DNA from: Mayamaea pseudoterrestris
Lineage: Eukaryota
Assembly (NCBI GenBank): GCA_027923505.1
Contig: BROI01000012.1
Span: forward strand, 744,001 to 808,000
DNA length: 64,000 nt
Direction of reading: 5' to 3'
Under the pieces are notes generated by a model that did not search any database, was not told the DNA's origin, and saw nothing but the letters and a program-made list of their open reading frames with translations. This document shows, piece after piece, positions 34,258 to 45,731 of this stretch (position 1 is the first letter of the stretch; every line of letters starts with the position of its first letter). Both the position numbers and the translations under genes were made by a program.

Positions 34258-35171
34258 ACTTCAAAGTAGACCGACACGTCAGCCGACAGACGAAGAAAGC
34301 GCGACCACGAGACGACGATGGCTTTAATCCTTCGCAGTTTCACTTTATCCTTTCGTCACCGCTTCTCCTTGTACTGCTCTTACAATCATAATAATGAATA
34401 AGTGCTACATTCTATTTGATGCATCTGGGTGGCCCTCATCGTCCTGTCCGAACGAAGCGTTCTTGCGTTCTTGCGTCCAGCCGGCTGTCCCGGAAATTGA
34501 CGACGGCGAGCTCAACGACGACAGTGGCGATTCATTGGAATGAGCGACAGCAATAGCCGTCTGATATTGATTCACGTGCACTGGAGAAAATGACCAACCA
34601 GAATCGAGTAGCAGTTCCCGTGCCATTGCATTAATGTACATGCAGCTCGACCGACCAGGTCGAGAGGTTTGGGGTGGCCGCCATGGCACTGTTCAGGATA
34701 TTCGACTGAGCCTTCGCACGCCAGAGGCATCGGCCTTTGTTATCAGAAATGTCCTATGATGTCCTATGAGCGTAAAGAATGCTTTTGGGAAGGCATTGAA
34801 TATTAGAGCAAGGATACGGATCACGGTGTCCGACCAAATGCAATCTTGGCGGAGTCGGATGTCGAAAATCTCAGTGTCGACTATGCAAAATCTGGATATA
34901 CAATCGAACGCACAATGGACCAACAATAAGCAACCAGTATTGCCGAAAGCATGAGACCTTCTGGAGTATAAAACGGCTGCCATTTATTCGTGCATGTATC
35001 GAGTCAACGCGGCGAAGAACATGAGTTTAAGTTTGACAGGAGACGAGATGTAAGACTGAGTTCTATGTGAGCTGTAAATTTGGCAGGAACAATGTAGCTG
35101 GTATATTCTGACTCATTTCTTTTACAGTATCAGATCGGTGGAATCAAAGAAGCGTGGTTAAACAACTGCGT

Positions 35172-36800
35172 TTATATAGCGTCCACGCGAGGAGTGCGCT
35201 TGTCAGTCTCTGGCTTGCCCTTGGATTTCTTCTTCTTCTCCTTTTCGGACCTCTTATTTTCATTATTCGCATCATTACGCAATTCGTACGACGCGACGAA
35301 TGCTGCCACCTCGTTTTGGGATTCGTCAATGCGCATTGTACCACGCTTGGATGCAGTTAACTTGTCCGCGTTGTCAGCAGACTTCGTATCATTAGTCGAC
35401 TGGTGTTTTGATTTCTTCTCTTTCTTTGGCTTTCTGTGGCGACGATGTTCACCTAATGAGATTGTGGCTTCAGGCTCCCCTGAAGATGGCACTCTTTGTG
35501 CACAAAATTCTGTGTCGATTGGGTTTTCCAGTTTCAGATCCTTTTCATTCTTTCGATTTGCAGTTATCACTTGTGTCTCTGTATCTTTAACAGCCAACGC
35601 TGACTGCTCCGACTCTTGCTGCTCCGGCGGGGAATACTTCTGTGTATTGGCTGCTGCCGGAGATGGGTTGACGTGATCACTTTCTCGATATAGCACACAT
35701 GGCTCATTGATTGGATTCTTCTCGCCAGCATTAAAGTCCAAATTCATTGCTTGCTTGTCGTGAGCGGTATTTGCAAGCAATTCAGACACAACGCAGTCGG
35801 ATTTTCGTCGGGTTTGCTCGGGTGGCATTTCCAGTCGTGATGGTGGTGGCATGATAAGTGATTGAGATCTTTGTTTGGGGTGTGGCTGGACAAGCCCTCG
35901 CTTTGAAGCCTCGTTTCTTCCCAGTGATTGTCTCTTGGTTGGTCGAGCACCATATATCATAGCTTTTTCCATGTACAGAACATGCAGCGCGTTGGTACCT
36001 CCCGAAGGCCGACGGGGGCATCTGACGCCTTTGAAGTAAATTAACTCATCAGTGTCGAGACCTTCGTCCACATCGTTCGGAAACTCTGCTTTCACAAAAC
36101 GTTTAGAGAAATGTAGGACGCTTCTTCGAAAGACATCTTGAGGTTCATCGACGATATTCGCACGCAGACTGTCTTGATATTCGCGTCGCCTTGGTTGATT
36201 CGTATCCTGGCTCACAACGCTTCTACTACCGACGCGACTGGCATGTGATCGACCATCTTGTAATGATTGCTGCTTGGACATGGTTTCAATTTCCAGTGAT
36301 CGCTTCCTGGAGGCTTCGCGACAGCACCAAAGCACGCATCCAACAATAATGAGCCCAACGATTGCGACGCCAAAACTCAATCCGATCCATACGGCATTTG
36401 ACACCTCGTGACTGCTGTTATGGCTGTTGGTGCTATTCCCAATATTGGAGTTTGTTGCGTAAGGATCTTGCCCGTAAGTGTTACCAAATGTGTCTGCCTG
36501 TAGGCGCCGAGGTCGGTCTTTGCTGTTGGCGCCATTAATTTGCCGTTGCATATAGCTTGGCCGTTCTATGCCCGCGATTATAGACGCTGCTTTTTGCCTG
36601 AGATAGCGTGTTTCCTCTGCAACTGCAGCTCTGCGAAAGCTTCGTCGTGTCACGTGGTCAAGCTGGAGCGAGGCATATTGCCTGGAAAGGCGCTTATCGT
36701 CTGCTCGATTTCTTTCGCCAAACATTTGCTGCGCGATAGAGTACAATCTTGTAGCTCTTGGCCCTTGGCTTTCTGATGTAGCTTTCGATGAAGTGTGCAT
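35172..36800 (-). CDS. Hypothetical single-pass membrane protein
   Basis: 542-aa ATG ORF; TM segment AVWIGLSFGVAIVGLIIVGCVLWCC; Lys-rich disordered C-terminus. Confidence 0.72.
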   Translation of the reverse strand: MHTSSKATSESQGPRATRLYSIAQQMFGERNRADDKRLSRQYASLQLDHVTRRSFRRAAVAEETRYLRQKAASIIAGIERPSYMQRQINGANSKDRPRRLQADTFGNTYGQDPYATNSNIGNSTNSHNSSHEVSNAVWIGLSFGVAIVGLIIVGCVLWCCREASRKRSLEIETMSKQQSLQDGRSHASRVGSRSVVSQDTNQPRRREYQDSLRANIVDEPQDVFRRSVLHFSKRFVKAEFPNDVDEGLDTDELIYFKGVRCPRRPSGGTNALHVLYMEKAMIYGARPTKRQSLGRNEASKRGLVQPHPKQRSQSLIMPPPSRLEMPPEQTRRKSDCVVSELLANTAHDKQAMNLDFNAGEKNPINEPCVLYRESDHVNPSPAAANTQKYSPPEQQESEQSALAVKDTETQVITANRKNEKDLKLENPIDTEFCAQRVPSSGEPEATISLGEHRRHRKPKKEKKSKHQSTNDTKSADNADKLTASKRGTMRIDESQNEVAAFVASYELRNDANNENKRSEKEKKKKSKGKPETDKRTPRVDAI

Positions 36801-37681
36801 GCTAGAAACGTTTTCAAAATATATCCTTTGGTAGCAGATAGCCTTCAGCTGTCAGCAGTCAGCCCGGAGAAAGCTCAAGCTTGCGGAACAGGCCTGCACC
36901 CTGGTCCAAGTTGAGATGTGTCCGCTTTACTTGCAGGTGCTGTCGAAAGCGTTTTGTGAGGCGGATTACAAAATGCACGCACGACTCGAAATCCGTCATG
37001 GTCATCACGATAGTCACTCGATAATCTTCCAAATAAGCCTTGTTTTGACGTCATAATCGAAACCCAACGTTTCCTTGGGCCAATGAGTCATTCAACTGAC
37101 GCCGCCAGGCACACTCGTCCGCTAAATCAGCACGCGCGTCCATCATCGTTGCCGCGCGCCGCCATGAACAAAAACTAAATATCCAGCCACAGATTCTTCC
37201 GCTTACTACGCAAAGACGGCGATTGCTAAAACTTGGGTAGCTATGTGTAGCAACCCAAGCACCCCCGCTGGGCTAGCAGAGCAGGGCTAGATCCGCGCTA
37301 GAGAGCGGGATGCTTGCCAGCTGCAGTGTGCTGCTGCTGAACCCAGGGATGGGCTAGGGTGGGAACTTTAATCTATCTTACAGTCCTCGAACAAGAGCTT
37401 CGAGGCAAACAGACCAAAAGAATGACAAGCAAGCTGCAAGCTTGCTTCGCAATCCTTGGAGAGGACCCATGACCTCTGGAACCAATGCGCCAATGCCGTC
37501 ATCCGATGACGTCACCATTGGCCAATCAAATCACCGCTTTCCTCCGGCTCTCCAGAATCCCACATGGTTGGCACACAACAAGAGTCGATGAGTTACGGTG
37601 TTCGTGCATGATCCGATCGGAACGCACTCGACGACGCCCTTGGACGACTCGGGCAGTTTGTTCAGTTGTTTCCACTAAAAG

Positions 37682-39015
37682 ATGGTTCGAATAGGGGGAC
37701 TTTCTTTAATGTGCATTGCGCCATGCTGTCTGTTTGCCTTGTACTGCTCGACAATGTTTTGGAGCAGTCAAAACGACCGACGGAACACGCAAAGCTTTGG
37801 ACTGCAGCTTCGAGGTATTTCCAGCGCTGATGACGCAAGCGATCCCTGCCAAGGCAATGAACAGATTCTACAAATCGTTGCAGACTCTGGGTTTATTCTA
37901 GACGCTACCGCGCGCGATTTGATATGCACAACCATGCCTCCGTGGAAGGAGGTGACGCGGTTATATGGCGACAAGCCTCGCATACTTGGACTGGAAACAT
38001 GTGCGGCCTATCGCGCCAAAATACAAAAGGCCAAGGCAATACCAATGCCGCGAGTGGCTGGTTTGCAAAATTGTGGAACGACGGCATTTGCCGATACACT
38101 CTTTGTCAATTTGAAACGCGACGAAACGATTCATGCGGAACACCCGAGAGCATACAATGTACCATGGCGCAAGCATACTCCATGGAGGTATCGGTACAAT
38201 ATCACGTCGGAACACTATGCATGGCAGGAAGACAAGGACTTGGTGCTTCCCATTGTTATTGTGCGCGAACCATATCGGTGGATGCAGAGTGAGTGCAGCA
38301 AGCGTTTTGTTCTTTGACTTGACCAAATAATTTCCTCGCATTTTCTCAGCTTGTCATACATTGCCTTTTCTTATTATCTTGTCCAACAGGCATGTGCAAA
38401 ATGCCGTATCGGGTAAAATGGGCAAAGTCTGAGCGTCACTGTCCAAACCTTGTCCCATACCCAGGAAGTTCTTCCGCAAATGGGCCGCCAGTAAACGTTT
38501 CGTTTGGTGAAGTTCCGCCGGGTGAAGTGGTGCGATACAAGTCCTTGGTTCACTTGTGGTCTGGTAAGAAGATTGTTCTTAGCGCATTCATTGTGCATAC
38601 TTGATCAACTCAACATGTTAACTTTCTTGCAGAATGGAATCGCGAGTACTTGGATGCGGATGTGCCCAAGCTCTTTATCCGATACGAAGACACACTTTTT
38701 CACGCCGAAGAAGTTTTTCGTACCATTGCCGAATGTGTGGGAATGGAGCAGGCTCATTCAACTTTTCAACGCACGGTTCAAAGTGCCAAGACGGAGAGGG
38801 AATTGTCCGTTGACTTGTTGACGGCCTTGCAGAAGAATGGACGAGAGAAGGATCGGTATGGAACAATGATTGCCGAAGATATTCAGTTTGCGAAGAAGCA
38901 TTTAAGTTCTGAGTTGATGGAACTGTTCCATTATAGTCATCCGAACGGCGTACCATTCGATTCGTACGCTGCCGAAGAATGGATTCAGCGACAGAGTCAA
39001 AGTCTTGGAAAATAG
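37682..39015 (+). CDS. Sulfotransferase-like type II membrane protein, 3 exons
   Basis: Exons 37682-38288, 38390-38563 and 38633-39015 splice in frame; 5'PSB-like AGLQNCGTTAF, 3'PB-like IVIVREPYRWMQSMC, and FIRYEDTL. Confidence 0.75.
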
Positions 39016-39172
39016 TTTGTGCATCTGGTTAAAGTGCAAGCATGCCTGTTACATTTGATAGACACGCTTTTTGTCTAATTTAGAGAGTTAACATTGATAA
39101 CAATAATGTTTCATATTTCATTTGAAGTTGCTTTACTATACTTAAAATTGTGCAACAAGGCAACACGAAGAA

Positions 39173-41353
39173 CTAGGATCTGGATTCTCGGCGCTGTGCT
39201 GAACTTTCGGACGACGGGGACCGCTGTCGAATCTTCTTACTTTTAGACCTTGGCGGTGAATGGCTCTGCACTGAACCTTCGGATGCCGGGGACCGCTGTC
39301 GAATCATTTTACTTCTAGACCTTGGCGGTGAACGGCTCCGCGACGAACTTGATCGACTACTGCTGCTGCTGCTGCTTCTCGACGACGAGGAAGAACTTGA
39401 CACTGACCTGCTTCGTCTAGAGCGCTTCCTTGAACGACGGCGCCGAGAATACGAGGATGCCGTGGATGAGGAGCTGCTGCTCGACGAAGACGAGGAGCTG
39501 CTGCTTGACGACGACGACGTTGACGACGAGCTACTGCTCGATGACGCCGAGGATGCGTCATCATCGTTTGCCTTCTTGGCCAATGCATTCTGCTCCGCCT
39601 GTTGCATGATGAGCTTTGGTGCATTCTTCAGATACGCGCGCAAATCCTCCGTGAGCGCTCCTAGACCTATAGACGTGAAAAAGTTGATGGCATACCGCGT
39701 GTTCCGAAGATTGTCGCGTGGGAACATGCCCTTGTACCATTCCTGCTTTTCCGCATCGGCTGTCTGAAGTCGCTCGTTCAACTTTTGCATACCCATCGCT
39801 TCAGCAATCTCCTGCATGACGATCTTGACAAAGATACGACTCGATGACGTTGTTTCATCTTCATTTAAATGAATGACGCTAAGCACGCTCCATGGGATCG
39901 AGTCGGTATGCAATAGATGCGCAAAAAGCTTAGCGACGTTGCGCAGCTTGTTTGTTTCCAGACGGTGGATTGTCTTGTATTGTCCAGCAAATGCCTCACA
40001 AAACGCATCATGCCATCGGTTCTGTAAAAGGCAAAAGCGCGAAGCAATCATACCATAATATCGTAGAAATGTCCGCTCCTGCGAACAACATTCAATTATC
40101 ATGTTGATAAGCTCTTCCTCGCGGCCTTGAGGAATCTCGATCCCCGCAAGCTTGTGCGCACATTCTTCAAACGTAGCAGAACTCATGATGGTGAGATAAA
40201 TGCTTCTTCGCAAGTGAACCAGGTCCGCCTCCGATAAGTCGCGCACAAAAACTTCTCCAGTCCCAGACGTAGGTACCATGGCAGTCTCCTGGTGGGCTAC
40301 CTCTGGTGCTTCGTCGACACTTCCGTCCTCGTCGTCCGTTTCGTCCTCACCGCTCTCATCTTCCTCATCACTTCCTGCCAGACCCAGAATTTCGGCGCGA
40401 ATCTTCTTCCACTCGTCCTCATGCTCGAGGTAGTCGGTATCTACTGCAAAACCATTCAGACGATCCTCCTTTTGTAGCCCTTCATCGTCCAGACTTATTT
40501 CAAGCGTAATTTGGTCATCCGCTTCCACCAAATCCAATTCTTCCGGAATTGGAGGCGAGTGCTCCTGAAAGCCAGTTCTACGCAGCTTCAACAGGAGTTC
40601 CATTTTGTGTTCAACGCGCTTGCTCAAGACTCCCTCATGCAGCAAGGCTCGCAGGCGCTCCAGTACAGCGCGCATGCCCGCAGGACTCGACTGAAGCAAC
40701 TGATAGCCAGTGACTTGCAGCAACTCGACTGCCACTTCCACAGAATCGTCAGTCGGGTCACCATCCAGCAAGACGGTCAGAATCTGCAGCACAACCAATT
40801 CATGCACGACAGCTTGATGAAACAAGTGTCCCAAAAAGATTGCTACGGCCAACGTGGGTTGCTTTTCGCGGCGGTGATAATGCTTGCGCCAGGCAAGAAT
40901 GGCGCGGGAAACAACCAGTTCGCCCACTTGAGGAAGCTTGGAATTAATGACAGCCACCAAAGCAGCATAGACGGAGGCGAATCGCACCGACGAGACCGCC
41001 GCCACGAGAAGTGACTTTGTAAAGACGCCGCGCATGCGCAGCAAATTCACCTTGGAAAAGAGCTCATAAATGAGCGGCTTGATTGTTTCGGCATTCAAGC
41101 GATTGATGGTTCCGTGAATGACACGAGCCTCGTTGTCCCACGTTATTCGCTGCTGCGCCGGGGATGAAACGTCAATTGTTTCTGCGGCTGCAGCTGCGGC
41201 TTCCTCCATCTGTCGACGTTTCGCTGGTGGAACGTAAACGTTATCCTTGCTGCTTCCATGATTAATTCTACTACGACGATGCTTAGATAAACCTGCAGTT
41301 TCCATTTCAGAGGCCGCGCGAGGAGAATAGTATCCGCTGTTGCTTTCAACCAT
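39173..41353 (-). CDS. CWC22: Pre-mRNA splicing factor CWC22
   Basis: YVPPAK, MIF4G region (VYAALVAVINSKLPQVGEL, PTDDSVEVAV), MA3 region (IYLTIMSSATFEECAHKL, LETNKLRNVAK, RYAINFFTSIGLG) and Ser/Arg-rich tail. Confidence 0.96.
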   Translation of the reverse strand: MVESNSGYYSPRAASEMETAGLSKHRRSRINHGSSKDNVYVPPAKRRQMEEAAAAAAETIDVSSPAQQRITWDNEARVIHGTINRLNAETIKPLIYELFSKVNLLRMRGVFTKSLLVAAVSSVRFASVYAALVAVINSKLPQVGELVVSRAILAWRKHYHRREKQPTLAVAIFLGHLFHQAVVHELVVLQILTVLLDGDPTDDSVEVAVELLQVTGYQLLQSSPAGMRAVLERLRALLHEGVLSKRVEHKMELLLKLRRTGFQEHSPPIPEELDLVEADDQITLEISLDDEGLQKEDRLNGFAVDTDYLEHEDEWKKIRAEILGLAGSDEEDESGEDETDDEDGSVDEAPEVAHQETAMVPTSGTGEVFVRDLSEADLVHLRRSIYLTIMSSATFEECAHKLAGIEIPQGREEELINMIIECCSQERTFLRYYGMIASRFCLLQNRWHDAFCEAFAGQYKTIHRLETNKLRNVAKLFAHLLHTDSIPWSVLSVIHLNEDETTSSSRIFVKIVMQEIAEAMGMQKLNERLQTADAEKQEWYKGMFPRDNLRNTRYAINFFTSIGLGALTEDLRAYLKNAPKLIMQQAEQNALAKKANDDDASSASSSSSSSSTSSSSSSSSSSSSSSSSSSTASSYSRRRRSRKRSRRSRSVSSSSSSSRSSSSSSSRSSSSRSRSPPRSRSKMIRQRSPASEGSVQSHSPPRSKSKKIRQRSPSSESSAQRRESRS

Positions 41354-41750
41354 GGTTGCAGAGTTATAGCTCGAACGGATGGTTGAACGCTGCTGTTGCT
41401 CCGTGTTGTGTCATGGTGGAATCGAAGGGACCGCAGCGGCCAGACGTGCTTATGTCGCAGAGTGACCTAAGTACCGTTACGATATTTAGCGCCAGCGATT
41501 CAAATCGCAACGGACACAAAAGTTTGTTGCATGCGCTAGTTATTCGGCCGTTGGGCATTGGCAACGGTTTGACTGGCGCGATTCACGGTCCGTTTTTTCC
41601 CATCGAACTTCGCACGCTCGCTTCTTCTCCAATGGCAGTCCTGCATGATCAAAATCGTCCTCATCCACAAGCAGACCTTTATCAAGGACAACTTGTACCG
41701 GTAGCTCCTTCCATTTGTTATAGACATTCATCAATCAGCATCAGTTCACC

Positions 41751-42599
41751 ATGGCGTCACACTCGTCGTACGCAAAGGCTCCGTTGAACCTGCCGCAGCT
41801 GCCCATTATGATCCACGTGACGGCTCCGGCCGCCTTGCCGGCAGGCTATACCTTTGAAGCGGAAATTAATGGAGACGAGTCCAAGATTGTCACAATCGAA
41901 GTGGTTAGTATGTCCTGGATGCCGTACATATGCTGTAACGCGCTTTGAGTACTTTCCTTGCTCACCTAATCACTTTATCTTTATTCAAAGCCCGAAGGAG
42001 GCGTCCAGGAAGGTCAGGTTTTTCTAGCTCCCCTACCGGAAGCCTACGTTGGCACTCGCATTGATGCACCAACGGGCCGCTGGAAGTCTGGTCCTTTTGA
42101 CTGCTTTTCGGCTGGTTTCCTTCATCCCTCGCTCTGGTGTTCGATTTGCTGCACGCAGATTGCCATGGCGCAAGTCATTTCACGCATGCAACTCACGTGG
42201 CTTGGACAACCTGGGCCATCGTCAAATACAAGTCGAGCGTTCACCGTCATTTGCTTGCTAGTGGTTGCCTTTTTCGTCTACTCGACGGCGCTGGATCTGG
42301 CGGCGCTCCCCTACGACATTGATACGACGCCCACGTACATGGCGGTTTTGAGATTTGCGGGAAACTTTCTATTCACCTTTTGGTCCGTTTACGCTCTTTG
42401 TCGCACGCGCCAGAATGTACGCGCCCGTTATCAGATTCCCGAGGAGCAGTGCATTGGCTGCGAGGACTTGTGCTGCTCCGTCTGGTGTGGTTGCTGTGCG
42501 ACGGCGCAAATGTTGCGCCATACCGGAGAATACGAAACGTATCCGGGCATTTGCTTTAGTCCAACCGGGCATCCGCCTGGAGCACCGCTAGTGGTATAG
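41751..42599 (+). CDS. PLAC8-family Cys-rich membrane protein, 2 exons
   Basis: Exons 41751-41903 and 41991-42599; GRWKSGPFDCF, TRQNVRARYQIP and CEDLCCSVWCGCCATAQM. Confidence 0.88.
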
Positions 42600-43135
42600 A
42601 TGCTATTAAATGTGGACAGAAAATGTGCCTTTTTCGGAAACATAAACACCTATTTTAAGTGAAATTACATGACAATATTTGCCTTTACATGCACGTATGC
42701 GACAAGCCATATACAGCAGTATCCTCGTTCTAATACTCGCAATAAGAGTTGCTTGATCAAACGCCAAGCTGTATCGACAAAAAGCGGCAGCTGGCAGCTG
42801 CACTTCATGCCATCATCATGGCCACGACGTCTCTAATACATCCCAATAATCGCAAAAAAGTGACCAACCCAAAATGGACTTTCGTTCCCTGTGGGCTCAT
42901 TAATGTCATCATCAAGTCCAAGCATGCGACGAGTCGCAAGCACAAGCGCGCCTTTCGACGTTAAACTCCAATTCGTCCGCGCAAGTACCTTCGATATCAT
43001 CGCCAAAATCTGTCGTACCGTTATTAATGCTTCCATGGTGACCACCCATTGTTACACTTCATTCAATCGATCCATTCAGGTTGCACTTTTCGTTGTTTCA
43101 TTCATTCTACAGCAAACCCTTGTTAGTTTCTTGTC

Positions 43136-43966
43136 ATGTCTGATCATTCTTCATCCTCGTCCGACTCGTCAGATCACGAGGACGGACCTGTTTCCAAGAA
43201 ACCCAAGATTATGGCACCACTTGAGGTCGCGCCGAGCGCCTCTGATTTTCGAGCCAAGGCTAGTCAACCATTGATTGTTATTCTGGATCAAGCCACTTTG
43301 GAAACTGTTAAAAACAAGCGCAATGTTTACGAGCTGTTGAATTGCGACGACCATCGCGAATTGTGCAAGAAGAAGCTGCGAAAAGGTCCCAACGAGTTTC
43401 GGCCGGATATTTTGCACCAGGAGCTGCTTGCGCTGCTGGACAGTCCATTGAACAAAGCGGGCTTGCTCAAAGTATACATTAGTACCAAGAAGAGTGTTTT
43501 GATTGACGTAAATGCTTCGATTCGCATTCCAAGAACCTACAAACGATTTGCCGGCTTGATGGTACAGCTGCTCCACAAGATGAAGATCAAAGCTGCGACT
43601 GGCGGCAACCCGGGCGATTCGTCATCAGGAACGCTTTTGAAGGTTATCAAAAATCCTGTCTCACAGTATTTGCCAGCTGGTACGAGATGCTTTGGCATGT
43701 CGTCGCAAGGAACCTTGTATCGACCGAGCGCGCTGGCGCGAGCGTTGCTTCCTGCAAGTGTTGACACAAAAAGTGACTCAAATGCTGCTTCGTCACCGCC
43801 GCCGCCAACATGCTTTATTATTGGAGCCATGTCGACCGGCCATGTGACTATAGAGGATTATCCATTTATTGAAAAAATGATAAGCGTATCCGAATATCCA
43901 CTTTCCGGAGCGGCTGCAATTTCACGACTCTTAGCAGCAATTGAAGAACAATGGGATGTTGTATAA
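43136..43966 (+). CDS. EMG1: rRNA small-subunit pseudouridine methyltransferase Nep1/Emg1
   Basis: LLNCDDH, RPDILHQELLALLDSPLNKAG, RIPRTYKRFAGLMVQLLHK and SEYPLSGA. Confidence 0.97.
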   Translation: MSDHSSSSSDSSDHEDGPVSKKPKIMAPLEVAPSASDFRAKASQPLIVILDQATLETVKNKRNVYELLNCDDHRELCKKKLRKGPNEFRPDILHQELLALLDSPLNKAGLLKVYISTKKSVLIDVNASIRIPRTYKRFAGLMVQLLHKMKIKAATGGNPGDSSSGTLLKVIKNPVSQYLPAGTRCFGMSSQGTLYRPSALARALLPASVDTKSDSNAASSPPPPTCFIIGAMSTGHVTIEDYPFIEKMISVSEYPLSGAAAISRLLAAIEEQWDVV

Positions 43967-44382
43967 CTTTTGCGATGTAGTACCCTAGCATTACAAATGA
44001 TGATTAAGCCATACTGCTATATTCGCATTTTAAACAGTTCGGAACCTGTCGAGCCTCTTAGGATATACTGGACCCACTGAATGACTTTAAGGGGACGTGA
44101 ACGATGTGGTTCTGGACAATTCTGCATCCATATACGTTCCATATCACTGTAGTGGAGCATGGAACCATACATCTTCTTGTGCAGGATGTATATTGCTGCA
44201 TTGCCTTCGCGGGAAAAGCGAAAAGCCATCGTATCGTGGCCTTAGAGTCATGCTGCGACACTTCTGCATTCGTTCAGAATCCAACCCGCTGTCACCATGA
44301 CGAAGGAACAATGGCGTCACGCTCGTTACTTCTGCTGTATACGCAAGTTTGATCAAACATTCTAAGGCAAATCTCATTGATC

Positions 44383-45402
44383 ATGATGTTGACAACGAGT
44401 CGTCAGTATCTCTCGCACATCGCCTTGCATTCGTGCAGAATGATCGATCGACGATCATTCGCTTCATCAGCAGGCAGCGGTTGCAAAATTGCCTTTATTG
44501 GGCTAGGGAACATGGGACTTCCAATGGCGATAAATCTATTCAATAAACACCAAGACATACTGGTCTACGATAACTTTGAGGGTGCCCGGGAGCGAGCTGC
44601 TGCGAGTGGTTTGAATGTCGCCAAATCGACGGAAGAAATCGCATCGAGCGATTATGAAATCTGCTTTACCATGCTTCCCAATGACAAGGCTGTCCACGAA
44701 ACCATGAAGGAACTTCAGAACAGTGCTGTCAACAACTCGCGCAACTGCAAAATTGTCGTCGATTGCTCCACCGTTTCGCCATTGACGAGTCGACACTGGA
44801 ACGAACAATGGAAGGAACACGATGGGAGTGTGTTCATAGACGCACCAGTCTCTGGAGGAGTCAAGGGCGCATCTGATGGCACTTTGACATTCATGGTTGG
44901 CTGCGAGGACGGTAAATTTCCAGACGAGGCGCGCCAATGCTTGGAACTCATGGGCAAGCGAGTGGCAGTGTGCGGTGGACCAGGCACTGGAGCGGCCACC
45001 AAACTTTGCAACAACCTTGCTCTCGCAGCACAAATGATTGGAATTTGCGAAGCCATGAGCTTAGGCGAAGCTCTGCATGTTGATCCAGTAGTGTTGGCAG
45101 ACGTAATGAACACGAGCACGGCCAAGTGTTGGAGCAGCGATGTTTGCAATCCTCATCCGGCTGTGGCGATGAAGAAACGCGCCAGTGGAGTGGAGTCGCC
45201 TGCCGCGAACGACTATGAAGGTGGTTTCGGCTCCAAACTAATGTTGAAGGATCTCGGATTGGCGGTGGCTGCTGCTGAAGCGGCAGGAGTTGCCGTACCG
45301 CTGGCGGCTGTATCAAAGGAGCTCTATCAAATGGCAAATAAAAGAGGATTGGGAGATAGAGACTTTGGCGTGATGTATCAGTTTTTAAAAGGGCAGAAAT
45401 GA
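44383..45402 (+). CDS. HIBADH: 3-hydroxyisobutyrate dehydrogenase, mitochondrial
   Basis: FIGLGNMGLPMA, DAPVSGGVKGA, KLCNNL, YEGGFGSKLMLKDLGLA and RDFG. Confidence 0.95.
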   Translation: MMLTTSRQYLSHIALHSCRMIDRRSFASSAGSGCKIAFIGLGNMGLPMAINLFNKHQDILVYDNFEGARERAAASGLNVAKSTEEIASSDYEICFTMLPNDKAVHETMKELQNSAVNNSRNCKIVVDCSTVSPLTSRHWNEQWKEHDGSVFIDAPVSGGVKGASDGTLTFMVGCEDGKFPDEARQCLELMGKRVAVCGGPGTGAATKLCNNLALAAQMIGICEAMSLGEALHVDPVVLADVMNTSTAKCWSSDVCNPHPAVAMKKRASGVESPAANDYEGGFGSKLMLKDLGLAVAAAEAAGVAVPLAAVSKELYQMANKRGLGDRDFGVMYQFLKGQK

Positions 45403-45731
45403 TCATTACCGCTGACAACGTGACTATAGTCTCGGCGCTACAGCTTGCATATACTTGTACATTCGCGTAAAGGATTGAAACTCGGCGATGTCTGCGACGA
45501 TGAGGAGCAAAGAAACCGCTTGTGACATTTAATACGTATTTGTGTACATTGTGTTTCGTAGTCAGATTTAAAAAGAATTATGACGTCATAGTTGATATGG
45601 CGATAGGTGCGTTGGCGATCCTTCGCCATATTTTTCGAGAAACGCTCGCTGGCCACAAACTTTGACGGCAAACATTACACTTGTCCAAAGTAATATTCTC
45701 CTCTACCTGCTGTACATTAACAGAACCAATT

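Noticed and set aside
37230..37370. GC-rich stretch with several GGGCTAG/GCTAG motifs
   Set aside because: No regular period, tRNA or ncRNA fold, or second copy could be established.
39200..39560. Ser-rich microsatellite-like tract and short internal duplication
   Set aside because: Encodes the ordinary Ser/Arg-rich tail of CWC22.
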